Shown: piece by piece, positions 1 to 10,816 of the stretch | Numbering within the stretch: position 1 is the first letter of the stretch | How the letters are laid out: the number at the start of each line of letters is the position of its first letter | NCBI RefSeq assembly: GCF_004010195.1 | Contig: NC_057759.1 | Span: 3,820,860-3,841,969, forward strand | Length of the DNA: 21,110 nucleotides | Direction: 5' to 3' | From: Chiloscyllium plagiosum | Taxonomy: Eukaryota | Position numbers and translations under genes: made by a program | Notes under the pieces: generated by a model | Told to the model about the DNA's origin: nothing | What the model saw: the letters and a program-made list of their open reading frames with translations, nothing else | The model's database searches: none

Positions 1-597
1 TGCAATGTGAGGCCCAGTTTAAGATGTGACTCAGTGTCGGAAGCAACGTAGTTTATGATGTGGCTACGTTTCCATTGTGGCCGACTGTAGGATCTCATCT
101 AATTTAGCATGTGGTCCAGTATAGGATGCTTCACAGCTTGGTTTCAGGCCCAGTGAAAATAAGGCCCAACTTAGGACTTGACCCAGTTTATAATACGCCC
201 AGTTGAGGATGAGGCGTACCAGTTGAGGATGATTGAGATGTGGCGTACGTAGAATATTTCCAGGTTTAGGATGTAATACATATTGGAACAAGATCCAGTT
301 TAGGATGTTGTATAGTTTATGATAATGCCCAGTTTAGGATGAGGGCCAGATCAGGATGTTATCCAGTTTAGGACGAGGCCCAGTTTCAGATGAGGTCCAG
401 TTTACGATGTAACACAGTTTATAATGAAGTTCAGTTTAGGATATGACCCAGTTTATGATGTGGCCCAATTTGGGATTTGGCCCAGTTTGGAACGTGGACC
501 AGCTTGGCATGTAGCCCAGTTTGGAAAGTAGCTCAGTTTGGAATTTGGCCCGGTTTGGGACGTGGTCCAGTTTAAAATGTGGCCCATTTCGAATCTT
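1..597. repeat. 17-bp degenerate minisatellite (consensus ~GATGTGGCCCAGTTTAG), left part, about 35 units
   Basis: CCCAGTTT/CCAGTT core recurs at ~17-nt period, e.g. tggcccggtttgggacg / tggtccagtttaaaatg / tggcccatttcgaatct at 546-596. Confidence 0.9.
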
Positions 598-928
598 AGA
601 TTAGATTAGACTACATTAGATTACTTACAGTGTAAAAACAGGCCGTTCGGCCCAACAAGTCCACACCGACCCTCCGAAGAGCAACCCACCCAGACCCATT
701 CCCCTACATTTACCCCTTCACTTAACACTACAGGCAATTTAGCATGGCCAATTCACCTAACCTGCACATTTTTGGACTGTGGGAGGGAACCGAAGCATCC
801 CGAGGAAACCCATGCAGATACAGGGAGAATGTGCAAACTCCACGCAGAGAGTCACCTGAGGCAGGAATTGAACCCCGTCTTTGGCGCTGTGAGTCAGCAG
901 TGCTAATCACTGTGTCACCGTGCCGCCA
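598..928 (-). mobile_element. HE1-like tRNA-derived V-SINE inserted into the minisatellite
   Basis: Minus strand reads ggcggcacggtgacacagtgattagcactgctg (A box) ...gggttcaattcc (B box)...; 3' tail (AATCT)n; 7-bp target-site duplication GAATCTT at 591-597 and 929-935; closely similar to 7744-8071. Confidence 0.9.
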
Positions 929-1128
929 GAATCTTGGTCCAGTTCAGAATGTGGCCACGTTGGGAATGAGGCAAAGTTTACACTTAGTCCCAATTTAGGA
1001 TGGGACCCAATTTGGGTGAGGCGCAGTTTGGAATGTGGACCAGTTTAGGGTGAGGCCCAGTTTAGGGTGAGGCCCAGTTTAGGATCATGTCACGTTTACT
1101 TTAGGTCCCAGTTTACAATGAAGCCCAG
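929..1128. repeat. 17-bp minisatellite, right part, about 11 units
   Basis: tgaggcccagtttaggg / tgaggcccagtttagga at 1051-1084; same consensus as 1-597. Confidence 0.9.
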
Positions 1129-1461
1129 CCTCGTCAACAATGTGGGTAAATCTCTCAGGAGCAGGTAGGTCTTGAAACCAGTTCCCAGATCATTTGTGTC
1201 TCCGACTGAAAAGTGGATCACTATCAAGAAACCAAGAGGCCTCCTACTATTCTGATTTTTTTCTGGTCCTGATGGTCAACATTAAAATCTGGAGAGCTCG
1301 AGAATTCCCTCCCTTGGGAAGTAGGATAGAAGCACTCCATTCATCGCTGTGTCTTTGGGACTTGATGAATGGAACAGTATGATATATTGCGTGGTCTCTC
1401 TGCAAAAACAGGATTGTTGTTCGACACAGAGTACATACATCAACACTCAACGTTGACGTAC

Positions 1462-1703
1462 TTATAGTCACCACTTGGAAAGGTTCACTTTGTGAAAACA
1501 TGTTCGCAATTAGACACTGGTAAGAGCCTCTAGTTTTACTGCAAACTCTTCCGCTGAAGTCATAAGATTTGAACTTGTAATAGTTTTTCTTATACCAGGA
1601 AGTCTTTATAAATCTGTTGTTGCACTGATACTTCAGAGTGAACCATTCTCCTTCTTGTTGACACCATCCCTGGGATTAGTTATGACGACCTCTGAATATT
1701 GGC
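1462..1703 (-). pseudogene. Ig-superfamily C2-type domain exon, FcR/FCRL/LITR-like, probably frameshifted (gene B)
   Basis: Acceptor tttttgttcttcggcAG|1703 and donor 1462|GTacgt, phase 1-1. Reads GQYSEVVITNPRDGV-(-1 shift near 1660)-QEGEWFTLKYQCNNRFIKTSWYKKNYYKFKSYDFSGRVCSKTRGSYQCLIANMFSQSEPFQVVTI, showing the EG-x-x-x-TL, W-Y-K, G-S-Y-x-C and S-x-P-x-x-V Ig hallmarks. Length 242 nt, one short of 81 codons. Confidence 0.7.
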
Positions 1704-1999
1704 CTGCCGAAGAACAAAAACAATCATTTCTAATGAATGAAACATCAAGCGAAACCTTTCACTCTTCATCGCAGTTCATGCCTTTGATTTTTCTGCCCAA
1801 TGCAAAATATGCAATTGGTCGATTAATCAACGTTTCGCCTCATCAACACCTGTTCACCACCGACAAGGCACAAGTCCGGATTGTGAGGGAATACTCCCCA
1901 CTTGCCTTGATGGTTGCAGCTCCAGTAACAGTAGAGAAAATTAACACTATCTCGGGACAAATCAGCACCCACTTGATTTAAACTATATCGACAAATATC

Positions 2000-2198
2000 T
2001 ACTCCCACTACCATCGATGCTTAGTAGCAAAAGTGTATATCATCTAAAGATGCATTGCAGACATTCGCCAAAGAACCTCAGACAGCACCTTCCAACCCCA
2101 CAACCACTTCCATTTAGAAGGACACGGTATGCAAACACATGGGAACACCACACCCTACAAGTTGCCCTCTGAGCCACTCACCTTCCTTATTCGCAAAT
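2000..2198 (+). mobile_element. 3' region fragment of a decayed non-LTR retrotransposon (LINE), cut off by the gap
   Basis: Aligns by eye with the reverse complement of 20430-20835 (accatcta-aagatgca-tgcag...cagcaccttccaa...). Confidence 0.65.
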
Positions 2199-2751
2199 NN
2201 NNNNNNNNNNNNNNNNNNNNNNNNNNNNNNNNNNNNNNNNNNNNNNNNNNNNNNNNNNNNNNNNNNNNNNNNNNNNNNNNNNNNNNNNNNNNNNNNNNNN
2301 NNNNNNNNNNNNNNNNNNNNNNNNNNNNNNNNNNNNNNNNNNNNNNNNNNNNNNNNNNNNNNNNNNNNNNNNNNNNNNNNNNNNNNNNNNNNNNNNNNNN
2401 NNNNNNNNNNNNNNNNNNNNNNNNNNNNNNNNNNNNNNNNNNNNNNNNNNNNNNNNNNNNNNNNNNNNNNNNNNNNNNNNNNNNNNNNNNNNNNNNNNNN
2501 NNNNNNNNNNNNNNNNNNNNNNNNNNNNNNNNNNNNNNNNNNNNNNNNNNNNNNNNNNNNNNNNNNNNNNNNNNNNNNNNNNNNNNNNNNNNNNNNNNNN
2601 NNNNNNNNNNNNNNNNNNNNNNNNNNNNNNNNNNNNNNNNNNNNNNNNNNNNNNNNNNNNNNNNNNNNNNNNNNNNNNNNNNNNNNNNNNNNNNNNNNNN
2701 NNNNNNNNNNNNNNNNNNNNNNNNNNNNNNNNNNNNNNNNNNNNNNNNNNN
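2199..2751. other. Assembly gap (N run)
   Basis: Continuous Ns. Confidence 1.
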
Positions 2752-2904
2752 TTTTCCGATTTCTAATGTGATACCGGGTGATCCGTCCAGATTTCTTTCA
2801 TTGTTGAGACTTCTTGGCGATGGATACAACTGAATGGCTTGCTCGGACATTTCAAAGGCGAGTTATGGGTCAACCCTGATAAATGGTTACATGACTCGGC
2901 ATGT

Positions 2905-3160
2905 AAACGTTGTTTCTCGCTCTCTGCACACATACTGCCAGATCTACTGAGTTCCTCCAGAACTTTTTCTGTTTATGACGTTAACTCTGTTTGTCTCTCT
3001 CCATAGATTCTACTCGACCTGCTGAGCTTCTCCAGTACTTTCTTTGTTTATAACCTGTAATGTTAATTCTGTTCCTCTCTCATCACCAGCCGCTCCCATC
3101 ACACCGCACCGCCCCCCACAGACCTGCTAAGATGTTGAAGTTAGGCATTTTTGCGTTCCT
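2905..3160 (+). repeat. Three tandem truncated copies (~75-80 bp) of the dispersed repeat that follows the hammerhead-like motif at 17532
   Basis: Units start aaacgtt/acgttaactctg/aatgttaattctg at 2905, 2978 and 3059 and continue ...ctctccacagat...gacctgctgag...ctccag...tgttt, as at 17561-17640. Confidence 0.7.
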
Positions 3161-3449
3161 GTCCTGATTGATACGAGGTGAGAAATTTCAAACAGAATCA
3201 ATCAGTTTCCAAGTGCAGTAATGCCAAGTGGTTGTGGCAAAGGTTACCAACTTCCCAAGGTGGCCGGGATCTATCTAATTAATTATTCAACTGGAGCAAG
3301 AGGGTGCTCTCAACATCAAGGAGATCCATGTTCACAGTAACAGCTGATGCAAAATACAGATTTCTGTCAATTTTGAACGTTTAAGAAGAAAGACGTCTTT
3401 GGAAGATTGTTGTCAGTTATTGATCATGGTAAATTCACTAGTCTTACAA

Positions 3450-3636
3450 GACCATTGGGCTACTTTCTCATGACTGATTACTAGGTGGTGGTTTAACCTG
3501 AGAGTCACCACTTCTCAGGTGAGGGCAGAGGTTGAGAAGGAGAGTCCTCCATGGTAACCTCAGCTACTGTGGGAACTGAACCCATGCTGTTGGCCTTCCA
3601 ATGTATTACAATGCAACTATCCTAACTAGCCACCCC
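3450..3636 (-). mobile_element. Old tRNA-derived SINE fragment
   Basis: Minus strand has a B-box-like gggttcagttccc after a degenerate A box; family not determined. Confidence 0.45.
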
Positions 3637-3739
3637 CATTCACACACACCCTCTGTCTCAGGCAAGAATGGGGGCTGATCTGGAGTAGGGTAATTACAAT
3701 TCAAATAACATTACCCCCACCCCACCCCCAACATCACTG

Positions 3740-4211
3740 GAGACAAAGGGAATGATTTATCCCGGAGATTGAGCAGTTTTGGCTGATACTGTCTGGAGTT
3801 TAGAAGAACGAGAGGAGATCTAACTGAGGGATAGAGGATGCTAAAGTGGAGGTTGACATAGGAGGTGGAGAAAGGATGTTTCCTCATATGTAACAATCTA
3901 GAACGAGAGGTAATCGTTTCAGGAGAAGGGGCTGGGGCAGATTGAAATCAGAGATGGGGAGGAGCGGGTTCGTTCAATGCCGGGAAGCCGTGTATCTGTG
4001 GGAATATTTCTCCACCACAAGAGTGTGTTGGGGACAGTGAATAAACTGAAAAGGGAGACAGAGAAATTTTTAATCAGTGACAACTTAAAGAAAGCAAGGG
4101 CAGGAAAGTGGAGTTGAGGTCGGTATGGGATTCTCCATGATGAAATGGAATGGGAGAGCAGGCTTCCAAGAGTCTGAATGGCCTCCTACTACTAGCTGTT
4201 ATGCATTTATG
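3740..4211 (+). mobile_element. Decayed CR1-type LINE 3' end
   Basis: ctggagtttagaagaacgagaggagatcta (LEFRRxRGDL-like) through the 3' UTR gaatggcctcctact...ttatg. Confidence 0.75.
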
Positions 4212-4316
4212 ACACGCAATGAACAACAGTGGAGAATTTCCACACTGTGTGAGTAACGAGCGACAATGTCAAGAGCAAGTACAATCAATTCTTGACAGTG
4301 CGGATCCCGAGGAACT

Positions 4317-4640
4317 CATAATCCCTACAGTGGAGAAACAAGTCATTGGGCCCATCAAGTCCACACCGACTCTCTGAAGGGCATTCTACCCAAACCAATC
4401 TCTCTACCCCATCCTATAACTCTGCATTTCCCACGGCTAATCCACCTAACCTTCACATGCCTGGGCACAATAGACAATTTCCTATGGCCAGTCCACTGCG
4501 CATCTTTTGATTATGGGAGGAAATCGGAGCATCCGGATATAAACCCACTCAGACAAGGTGAGAATGTGCAAAGTCCACACAGGCCATCACCCAACGTAGG
4601 GATTGAACCCGGGTCCCTGTGAGGCAGGAGTGCGAACCAC
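4317..4640 (-). mobile_element. Older HE1-like SINE
   Basis: Collinear with 7744-8071 (aagtccacaccgac...gaatgtgcaaa-tccacac...gattgaacccgggtc) but more diverged. Confidence 0.8.
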
Positions 4641-4857
4641 TGAGCTCCCGTGTCATCCCCTGTGTCTGATCTGCCATTCAATGGCTGATATGTGGCCTAA
4701 ATCAATAGACCTTTCTTTGGCCCCAACCCGTTAATACCTTAGCAAATGCAAACTCTCTCAGATTGAAAGCTAACATCTAATCCAGTTTCCACTGCGGTTT
4801 GTCGGCGAGATTTCCAATAGTGTGTGTAAATCTTGTAATGTAATATTTTCAACGTAC

Positions 4858-4886
4858 CATGTGCCTCCAGCTATAAAATGTTTCTA
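4858..4886 (-). CDS. Candidate second leader mini-exon (S2) of gene B, 29 nt
   Basis: Strong acceptor ctctctcttttccttcaacAG| and donor ATG|GTacgt. The 3' end reads CTG GAG GCA CAT G (LEAHG, resembling a signal-peptide end), joining GC CAA TAT of the Ig exon. Length is not a multiple of 3. Confidence 0.5.
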
Positions 4887-5352
4887 CTGTTGAAGGAAAA
4901 GAGAGAGAATTCGCCGTTACATCTAAAAAAGTTCTTAGTTATGATTGTAAACTCTGTGAGATGACACACACGCCTATGTGATCATGTATCATTTGCTTAA
5001 AGAGGAATTTGCTGTTTGAAATCTTGAACTGCAGGATTTGGGGCAGGATTTCTGTTTGTCAAAGGGATATGCCGTTTGTTTTTACCCTGAGTTTGTACGT
5101 TTGTGTTAGAAGCACCACAACCCACGAGAAAACGATATGTTGTTTTTCAGGGGATCCACAGACTGATGTCCAAATGGAAAGATGATTCCGGAACGTCAGA
5201 ATGGAGCGGGGAAGCATTTTACAATAGACAATTGAAAAAGAAGTTAGAGAGTTTAACCAAGAGGAGACAGGGATGAGTGCTGGGCACATAGCTTCATTGA
5301 ATGGAGATGTTTCTTCAATCCGTTTACATCCATAGCTCGGGGAAACACACAA

Positions 5353-5650
5353 TAGTCATCCAGCACCAAAAAAAAATCCCTTTGGCCTAACTCATCCATG
5401 CTGACCAAGTTTCCTAAAGTGAAATTGTCCCACTAGCCTGCAGATTGGCCCATATCAGTCAAAATCTTTCTAATCCATCTACTATCAAAATGTATTTTAA
5501 ATGTTTTTATTGCACCCGTCTCTACCACTTCTTCGAGCTGCTTGTTAGATATATGCACCACCACCTGTCTAAAAATGTTACCCTCAGTTACTGATTAAAC
5601 CTTTGCCCTCTCACCCTAAACCTCTGCCCTGTTGTTATGGACAACACTAC
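5353..5650 (-). mobile_element. Decayed CR1/HER1-type LINE 3' end
   Basis: Reverse complement resembles 18460-18728; also similar to 6611-6900. Confidence 0.7.
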
Positions 5651-5944
5651 ATGATAAGCAATGTGCACTTTAATACGAGAGACTCTCACAATACTGGCGA
5701 GGCCCTTTTACCCATCCAAACTGGACCTGCCAACTCTAAATGATGTTCTCAATTAACGGGTGGAGGCGATCAGAACCAGGGTCACAGTCTAATTGTGACA
5801 GGGTAGGACTAATATGGGGAGAAATTGCTTCACCCAGAGAGTTGGGGAGGCTGTGGAATACTCTGACACTGAAAGCAGTCAGGGCCAAAACACTGAAGTT
5901 CCCCCATCCCTGTGTCTCTCTGACCTGTCGCCATCCTTTTCGCT

Positions 5945-6152
5945 CCCTCAACCTTGCTCCATCTCTCTCTCTCTAGCTCTCAATCCTGACCCCATATAAT
6001 CTCTCTCCCTCAATTCTACCCCATCTCTCTCTCACACACATTCAATCCTATCTCCACTTCACCCCTCTCTTAATCCTGCCCCATCACTCTCTTTCTCGCT
6101 CAATCTTGCCCTTTCCTCTCTCTCTATCTGTCTCACCTTACCCGCCTCTCTT
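5945..6152. repeat. CT-rich short degenerate tandem repeat (ctcaatcctgccccatctctct-like)
   Basis: About 7 recurrences of (c)tcaa(t/c)c(c/t)t..ccc separated by (CT)n. Confidence 0.6.
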
Positions 6153-6295
6153 CCAAAAAAAAATGCAATCTAGAACATACAAACCAATTTGTATTATTTT
6201 AGCTCCTCCTAACAGCATGGCACAAGCATCGCATTAATCTGGAGACAAGCTTACACAATATTTCAGTAAAATATAAATCTGTAACAACCACTTAC

Positions 6296-6424
6296 AGAAA
6301 ACAAGCAGGCAAAACGGATTCATATGAAATATCACGTGGAATCCAAAACAAACTCGACCTCTCTCTTTTTGGGAGGGTAACTACTACATGGAGGCACTTA
6401 ATGTCTTCACCGGTCTTCCTGAGG
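6296..6424 (-). CDS. ATG-bearing leader exon (S1) of gene B; coding part 6296-6323 = MNPFCLLVF, phase 1
   Basis: Acceptor atttactttcAG|6424; ATG at 6323; consensus donor T|GTAAGT at 6295. 28 coding nt of hydrophobic sequence, phase compatible with the downstream Ig exon. Confidence 0.6.
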
Positions 6425-6610
6425 CTGAAAGTAAATGGATTTGTGGCTTCACTGTGCAGGGAATGAGGCCACTCGGTCCATCTACCATCGTGGACATTTG
6501 TAATCTGTGATACTTGCAATCTATGCATTACAAATTGATTTCTACCCACCTCCCTTTTTTCTAATTCTTTTTTCCCTTTAACTGCACCAAATAAAGGGAG
6601 TTCAGCAAAC

Positions 6611-7110
6611 ATAGAATCATACAGTCCGGAAATAGGCCCTTTGGCACAATTTATCCATGCTGACTAGACTTCCCAAACAGAACTAGCCCCATTTGCTTGC
6701 GATTGGGCCCTATCCTGTGAAACCTTTCTAATCGAAACCAATACAATCCATTACAAATGCCTTTTAAATGTTGTAATTTTATCTATCTCTATCACTTCCT
6801 CTGGCAGGTCTTTCCAAATATGCAGCACCAGTTGTGAAAAAATGTACGCCCCAGATCCCTTTTAAATCTTTCCCAGCTCACTTTAGACCTATGCCCTCTC
6901 GCTTTGGACTCTCCTCCCGGGGTAAAGACTTTGGTTATTCATCCTATCCATTTCCTTCATGATATTAGAAACATTTATATTCTTACACCCCAGGGTTAGG
7001 AGGACCCAGCCTATCCAGCCTCTACCTACAACTAAAATTCTCCAGTCCTTGTCAATCTTTTCAGCACCATTCCAGTTTAATAACATCTTTCCTGTAGCAC
7101 CTCAGGCATT
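6611..7110 (-). mobile_element. Decayed CR1/HER1-type LINE 3' end with internal deletions
   Basis: Begins atagaatcatacag...ggcccttt (reverse complement of the CR1 tail); collinear with the reverse complement of 18170-18728. Confidence 0.75.
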
Positions 7111-7566
7111 GCTATTTCATTCATTGGAGGATTTCTCACCAGGATCAATCTCTCCAATCGATCTTCAGAGAGTGAATTGCCTCCAGTTTTCCTACCCCTT
7201 TCTCTCCCATCAGTAAGCCAGACAAACACATCTGACCTATGCACGGCCTTTCCAAATGGTACCTGACCCTGAAAGGATTAAGCCCCACGCCTCCCACCCC
7301 AGGAACCTGGCTTCTGCACATTGGTCTGCAGCTCTGAATCATTAGCTATGGGGTCACAAGGAAACCCTAGAGGCGTCTGTGGGGTGACCTTGGATTAGAG
7401 AGAACAGGAAATGATACTAACCACGTAAAGACAAGTCTGATGGACTGCCTGTAACTGAAACACTAAGAAAAAGGAACTACGCATCACTGGTTGACACAGC
7501 AAACTTCTTATCTGATAGAAACACTTACCAGCAAGGCAACAGGTTTGACGTGGAGTCAACACACTC

Positions 7567-7656
7567 AAAATGTTAACTCTGTCTCTCTTTCTCTCTCTCT
7601 CTTTCTCTGCACAGATGCTGCCAGATGGGCTTCTGCAGTATTTTGTGTTTATAACT
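7567..7656 (+). repeat. Truncated copy of the hammerhead-associated dispersed repeat (left flank of the LINE)
   Basis: aaaatgttaactctg...ctctgcacagatgctgccaga...tgtgttt. Confidence 0.7.
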
Positions 7657-10600
7657 GATATAAAATTTGTTTGCTTTAATACAAGGAGTATCAGGAATAA
7701 AAGTGATGAGCTTAGAACATGGATTAGTACCTGGTGCTATGATATTAGATTAGATTACTTACAGTGTGGAAACAGGCCTTTCGGCCCATCAAGTCCACAC
7801 CGACCCGCTGAAGCGTATACCACTCAGACCCATACTCCTACGTTTAACCCTTCACCTAACACTACGGGCAATTTAGCATGGCCAATTCACCTAACCTGCA
7901 CATTTTTGGATTGTGGGAGGAAACCGGAGCACCCGGAGGAAACCCACGCAGCCACGGGAAGAATGTGCAAACTCCACACAGAGAGTCGCCTGAGGCGGGA
8001 GTTGAACCCGGGTCTCTGGCGCTGTGAGGCAGCAGTGCTAACCACTGTGCCACCGTGCCGCCCACTGGTTGATGATGTTGCGGCCATAACAGAGACGTGG
8101 GTTTCTCTAGGGCAGGAATGGTTGCTGGATGTTCCAGGGTTTAGAACATTTAAAAAGAATAGAGAGGGGGTAAAAAGAGAAGGGGGTGTAGCGCTGCTAA
8201 TCGGAGAGGGTATCACAGCTACAAAAGTTACCATTGTCGAGGAGGGTCTGCCTACTGAGTCAGTATGGGTGGAAATTAGGAACAGTAAGGGAGCAGTCAC
8301 CTCATTAGGGGTTTACTACAGGCCTCCCAATAGCAGCAGGGAGGTCGGCAGATTTTGGAAAAGTGTGAATGTAGTAGGGCTGTTGTAATGGGTGACTTTA
8401 ACCTTCCCAATATGGTTTGGAAGAGCTGTTTTTGTAAGGTGTGTTCAGGAAGGTTTCCTAACTCAGTACATTGACAGGCCGACGTGGGGAGAGGCCATTT
8501 TGGATTTGGTGCTCGGCATTGAGCCGGGTCAGGTGTCAGATCTTGCGGTGAGAGAGCATTTTGATGATAGTGACCACAACTGCCTTACATTCTACATATC
8601 TATGGAGAAGGAGAGAAACAGGCAAAATGGGAGAATATTTAACTGGGGATAAGGAAACTATGATGCTATCAGACGTGAATTGGGAAGCATGGACTGGAAG
8701 AAGTTGCTCCATGGAAATGGCACTATAGACATGTGGAGACTGTTTAAGGAACAGTTGTTGAGAGTGATGCATAAATGTGTTCCTCTGAGACAGGTAAGGA
8801 GGGTTAAGATAAAGGAACCTTGGTAGGCGAGAGCGGAGGAGCTTCTCGTGAAAAGAAAGAACGCAGCTTTCATAAGGTGGAGGAAGCAAAGGTCTTGCTC
8901 AGCTCTAGATGATTACAGGCAGGCGAGGAAAGAGCTCAAAAATGGTCTCAGGAGAGCCAGGCGGGGGCACGGAAAAGGCTTGGCAGGAAGAATTAGGGAG
9001 AATCCAAAGTCATTTTACACGTATGTGAGGAATAAGAGAATGATCAAAGAAAGAGTAGGGCCGATCAGGGATAGCATAGGGAACTTGTGTACAGAGTCTG
9101 CGGAGGTGGGGAAAGCCCTAAATGATTTTTTTGCTTCTGTCTTTGCAAAAGAAAAGGACCTTGTAGTGAATGAAACCATTGAGGAGCAGGTAAGCATGCC
9201 AGAACGGATAGAGATTGACGAAGCTGATGTGCTGAAAAATTTGACAAACGTTAAGATTGACAAGTCGCCAAGGGCCAGACCAGACTTGTCCTCGGCTGCT
9301 TTGGGAAGCGAGAAATGTGATTACTTAACCGCTTGCGAAGATCTTTGCATCCTTGCTCTCCACCAGAGTCGTACCTGAGGACTGGAGTGAGGCAAATGTA
9401 ATTCCTCTCTTCAAGAAAGGAAATAGGGAAATCCACGGCAATTACAGACCAGTCAATCTCACGTCTGTCGTCTGCAAGGTGTTAGAAAGGATTTAAGGGA
9501 TAGGATTTATGACCACCTGGAAGAGTATGGCTTGATTAAATGCAGTCAGCACGGCGTTGTGAGGTGCAGGTCATGCATCACGAATTTCTTTGAGTTTTTT
9601 GAGCATGTTACTAGACAAGTTGATGAGGGTCGAGAGGTGCATATGGTGCATATGGACTTCAGCAAGGCATTTGATAAGGGTCCCCATCCTAGGCTCATTC
9701 AGAAGGTTAGGAGGAATGTGATACATGGAAATTTAGCTGTCTGGATACAGAATTGGCTGGTCGACAGAAAACAGCGAGTGTAGTGGAATGAAAGTATTCT
9801 GCTTGCAAGTCAGTGGTGCGTGGTGTTCCACAGGGCTCTGTTCTTGAGCCTCTACTCTTTGTAATTTTTATCAATGACTTGGACGAAGAGATTGAAGGAT
9901 GGTTTAGCAAGTTTGCAGACGATGCAAAGGTTGGAGGTGTCATTGAGAGTATAGAGGACTGTTGTAGGCTGCAGCGTGACATTGACAGGATGCAGAGATG
10001 GGCTGAGAGGTGGCAGATGGAGTTCAACCTGGATAAATGCGAGGTGATGCATTTTGAAAGGTCGAACTTGAAAGTTGAGTACAGGATTAAATATAGGATT
10101 CTTGGCAGTGTGAAGGAACAGTGGGATCTTGGTGTGCAGGTACATAAATCCCATAAAATTGCCACCCAAGTGGACAGAGTTGCTAAGAAAGCATATGGTG
10201 TTTTGACTTTCATTAACAGGGGGATTGAGTTTAAGAGCCGTGAGATTTTGTTGCAGCTCCATAAAACTTTGGTTAGACCACACTTGAAATACTGTGTCCA
10301 GTTCTGGTCGCCCTATTATCAGAAAGATGTGGATGCTTTGGAGAGGGTTCAGAGGAGGTTTGCCAGGATGCTGCCTGGACTGCAGGGCTTATCTTACGAA
10401 GAGAGGTTGACTGATCTCGGACTTTTTTCATTTGAAAAGGAAGGAAGAGAGGGGACCTAATTGAGGTGTACAAGATAATGCAAGACATAGATAGAGTTGA
10501 AAGCCAGAGACGTTTTCCCATGGCAGAAATTGTTAACACAAGGGGTCATAGTTTTAAGCTGTTTGGCGGAAACTATAGAGGGTACGTCAGAGGCGGGTTC

Positions 10601-10816
10601 TTTACGCAGAGAGTGGTGAGAGCATGGAATGCATTGCCAACAGCAGTTGTGGAAGCGAAGTCATTGGGGATATTTAAGAGACTGTTGGACATGCATATGG
10701 TCACAGACATTTGAGGGTTCGTACATTAGGTTTACCTTACATGAGGTTCAATGGTCGGCACAACATCGTGGGCTGAAGGGCCTGCTCTGTGCTGTACTGT
10801 TCTATATTCTATGTTC
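7657..10816 (+). mobile_element. 5'-truncated, inactivated CR1-clade LINE (HER1-like) with nearly complete ORF2 (APE endonuclease + reverse transcriptase)
   Basis: Endonuclease motifs FNTRSIRNK, ITETW, GVYYRPP, LDLVL, SDHN; RT motifs DFSKAFDK, VPQGSVL, KFADD; C-terminal RPHLKYCVQFWSP, AWNALP. Several stops and frameshifts. 3' tail gggctgaagggcct...(TTCTAT-based repeats). Possible 5-bp TSD TAACT at 7652-7656 and 10817-10821. Confidence 0.95.
7744..8071 (-). mobile_element. Young HE1-like V-SINE nested in the LINE endonuclease region
   Basis: Minus strand ggcggcacggtggcacagtggttagcactgctg...gggttcaactccc, (AATCT)n tail; ATGAT duplicated at 7739-7743 and 8072-8076; removing it restores WCYD-VAAITETW. 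Confidence 0.93.

Noticed and set aside
1..1128. CRISPR-like or plant-telomere (TTTAGGG)-like array
   Set aside because: Contiguous degenerate 17-mers with no unique spacers; TTTAGGG appears in only two units; vertebrate context.
1655..1981. 108-aa plus-strand ORF
   Set aside because: Antisense to the Ig exon/intron and partly LINE-like sequence; no motif support.
2129..2850. ORFs of 210-234 aa
   Set aside because: They are open only because they span the N gap; the same applies to 16846-17568.
6292..6612. 106-aa minus-strand ORF
   Set aside because: No recognisable domain; it overlaps the leader exon in another frame and runs through its splice sites.
8000..8065. tRNA gene
   Set aside because: The A/B boxes belong to the tRNA-derived head of an HE1-like SINE; no complete cloverleaf.
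7657..10816. Active retrotransposon or novel RT-based system
   Set aside because: Ordinary CR1-clade ORF2 with multiple stops and frameshifts and no ORF1.
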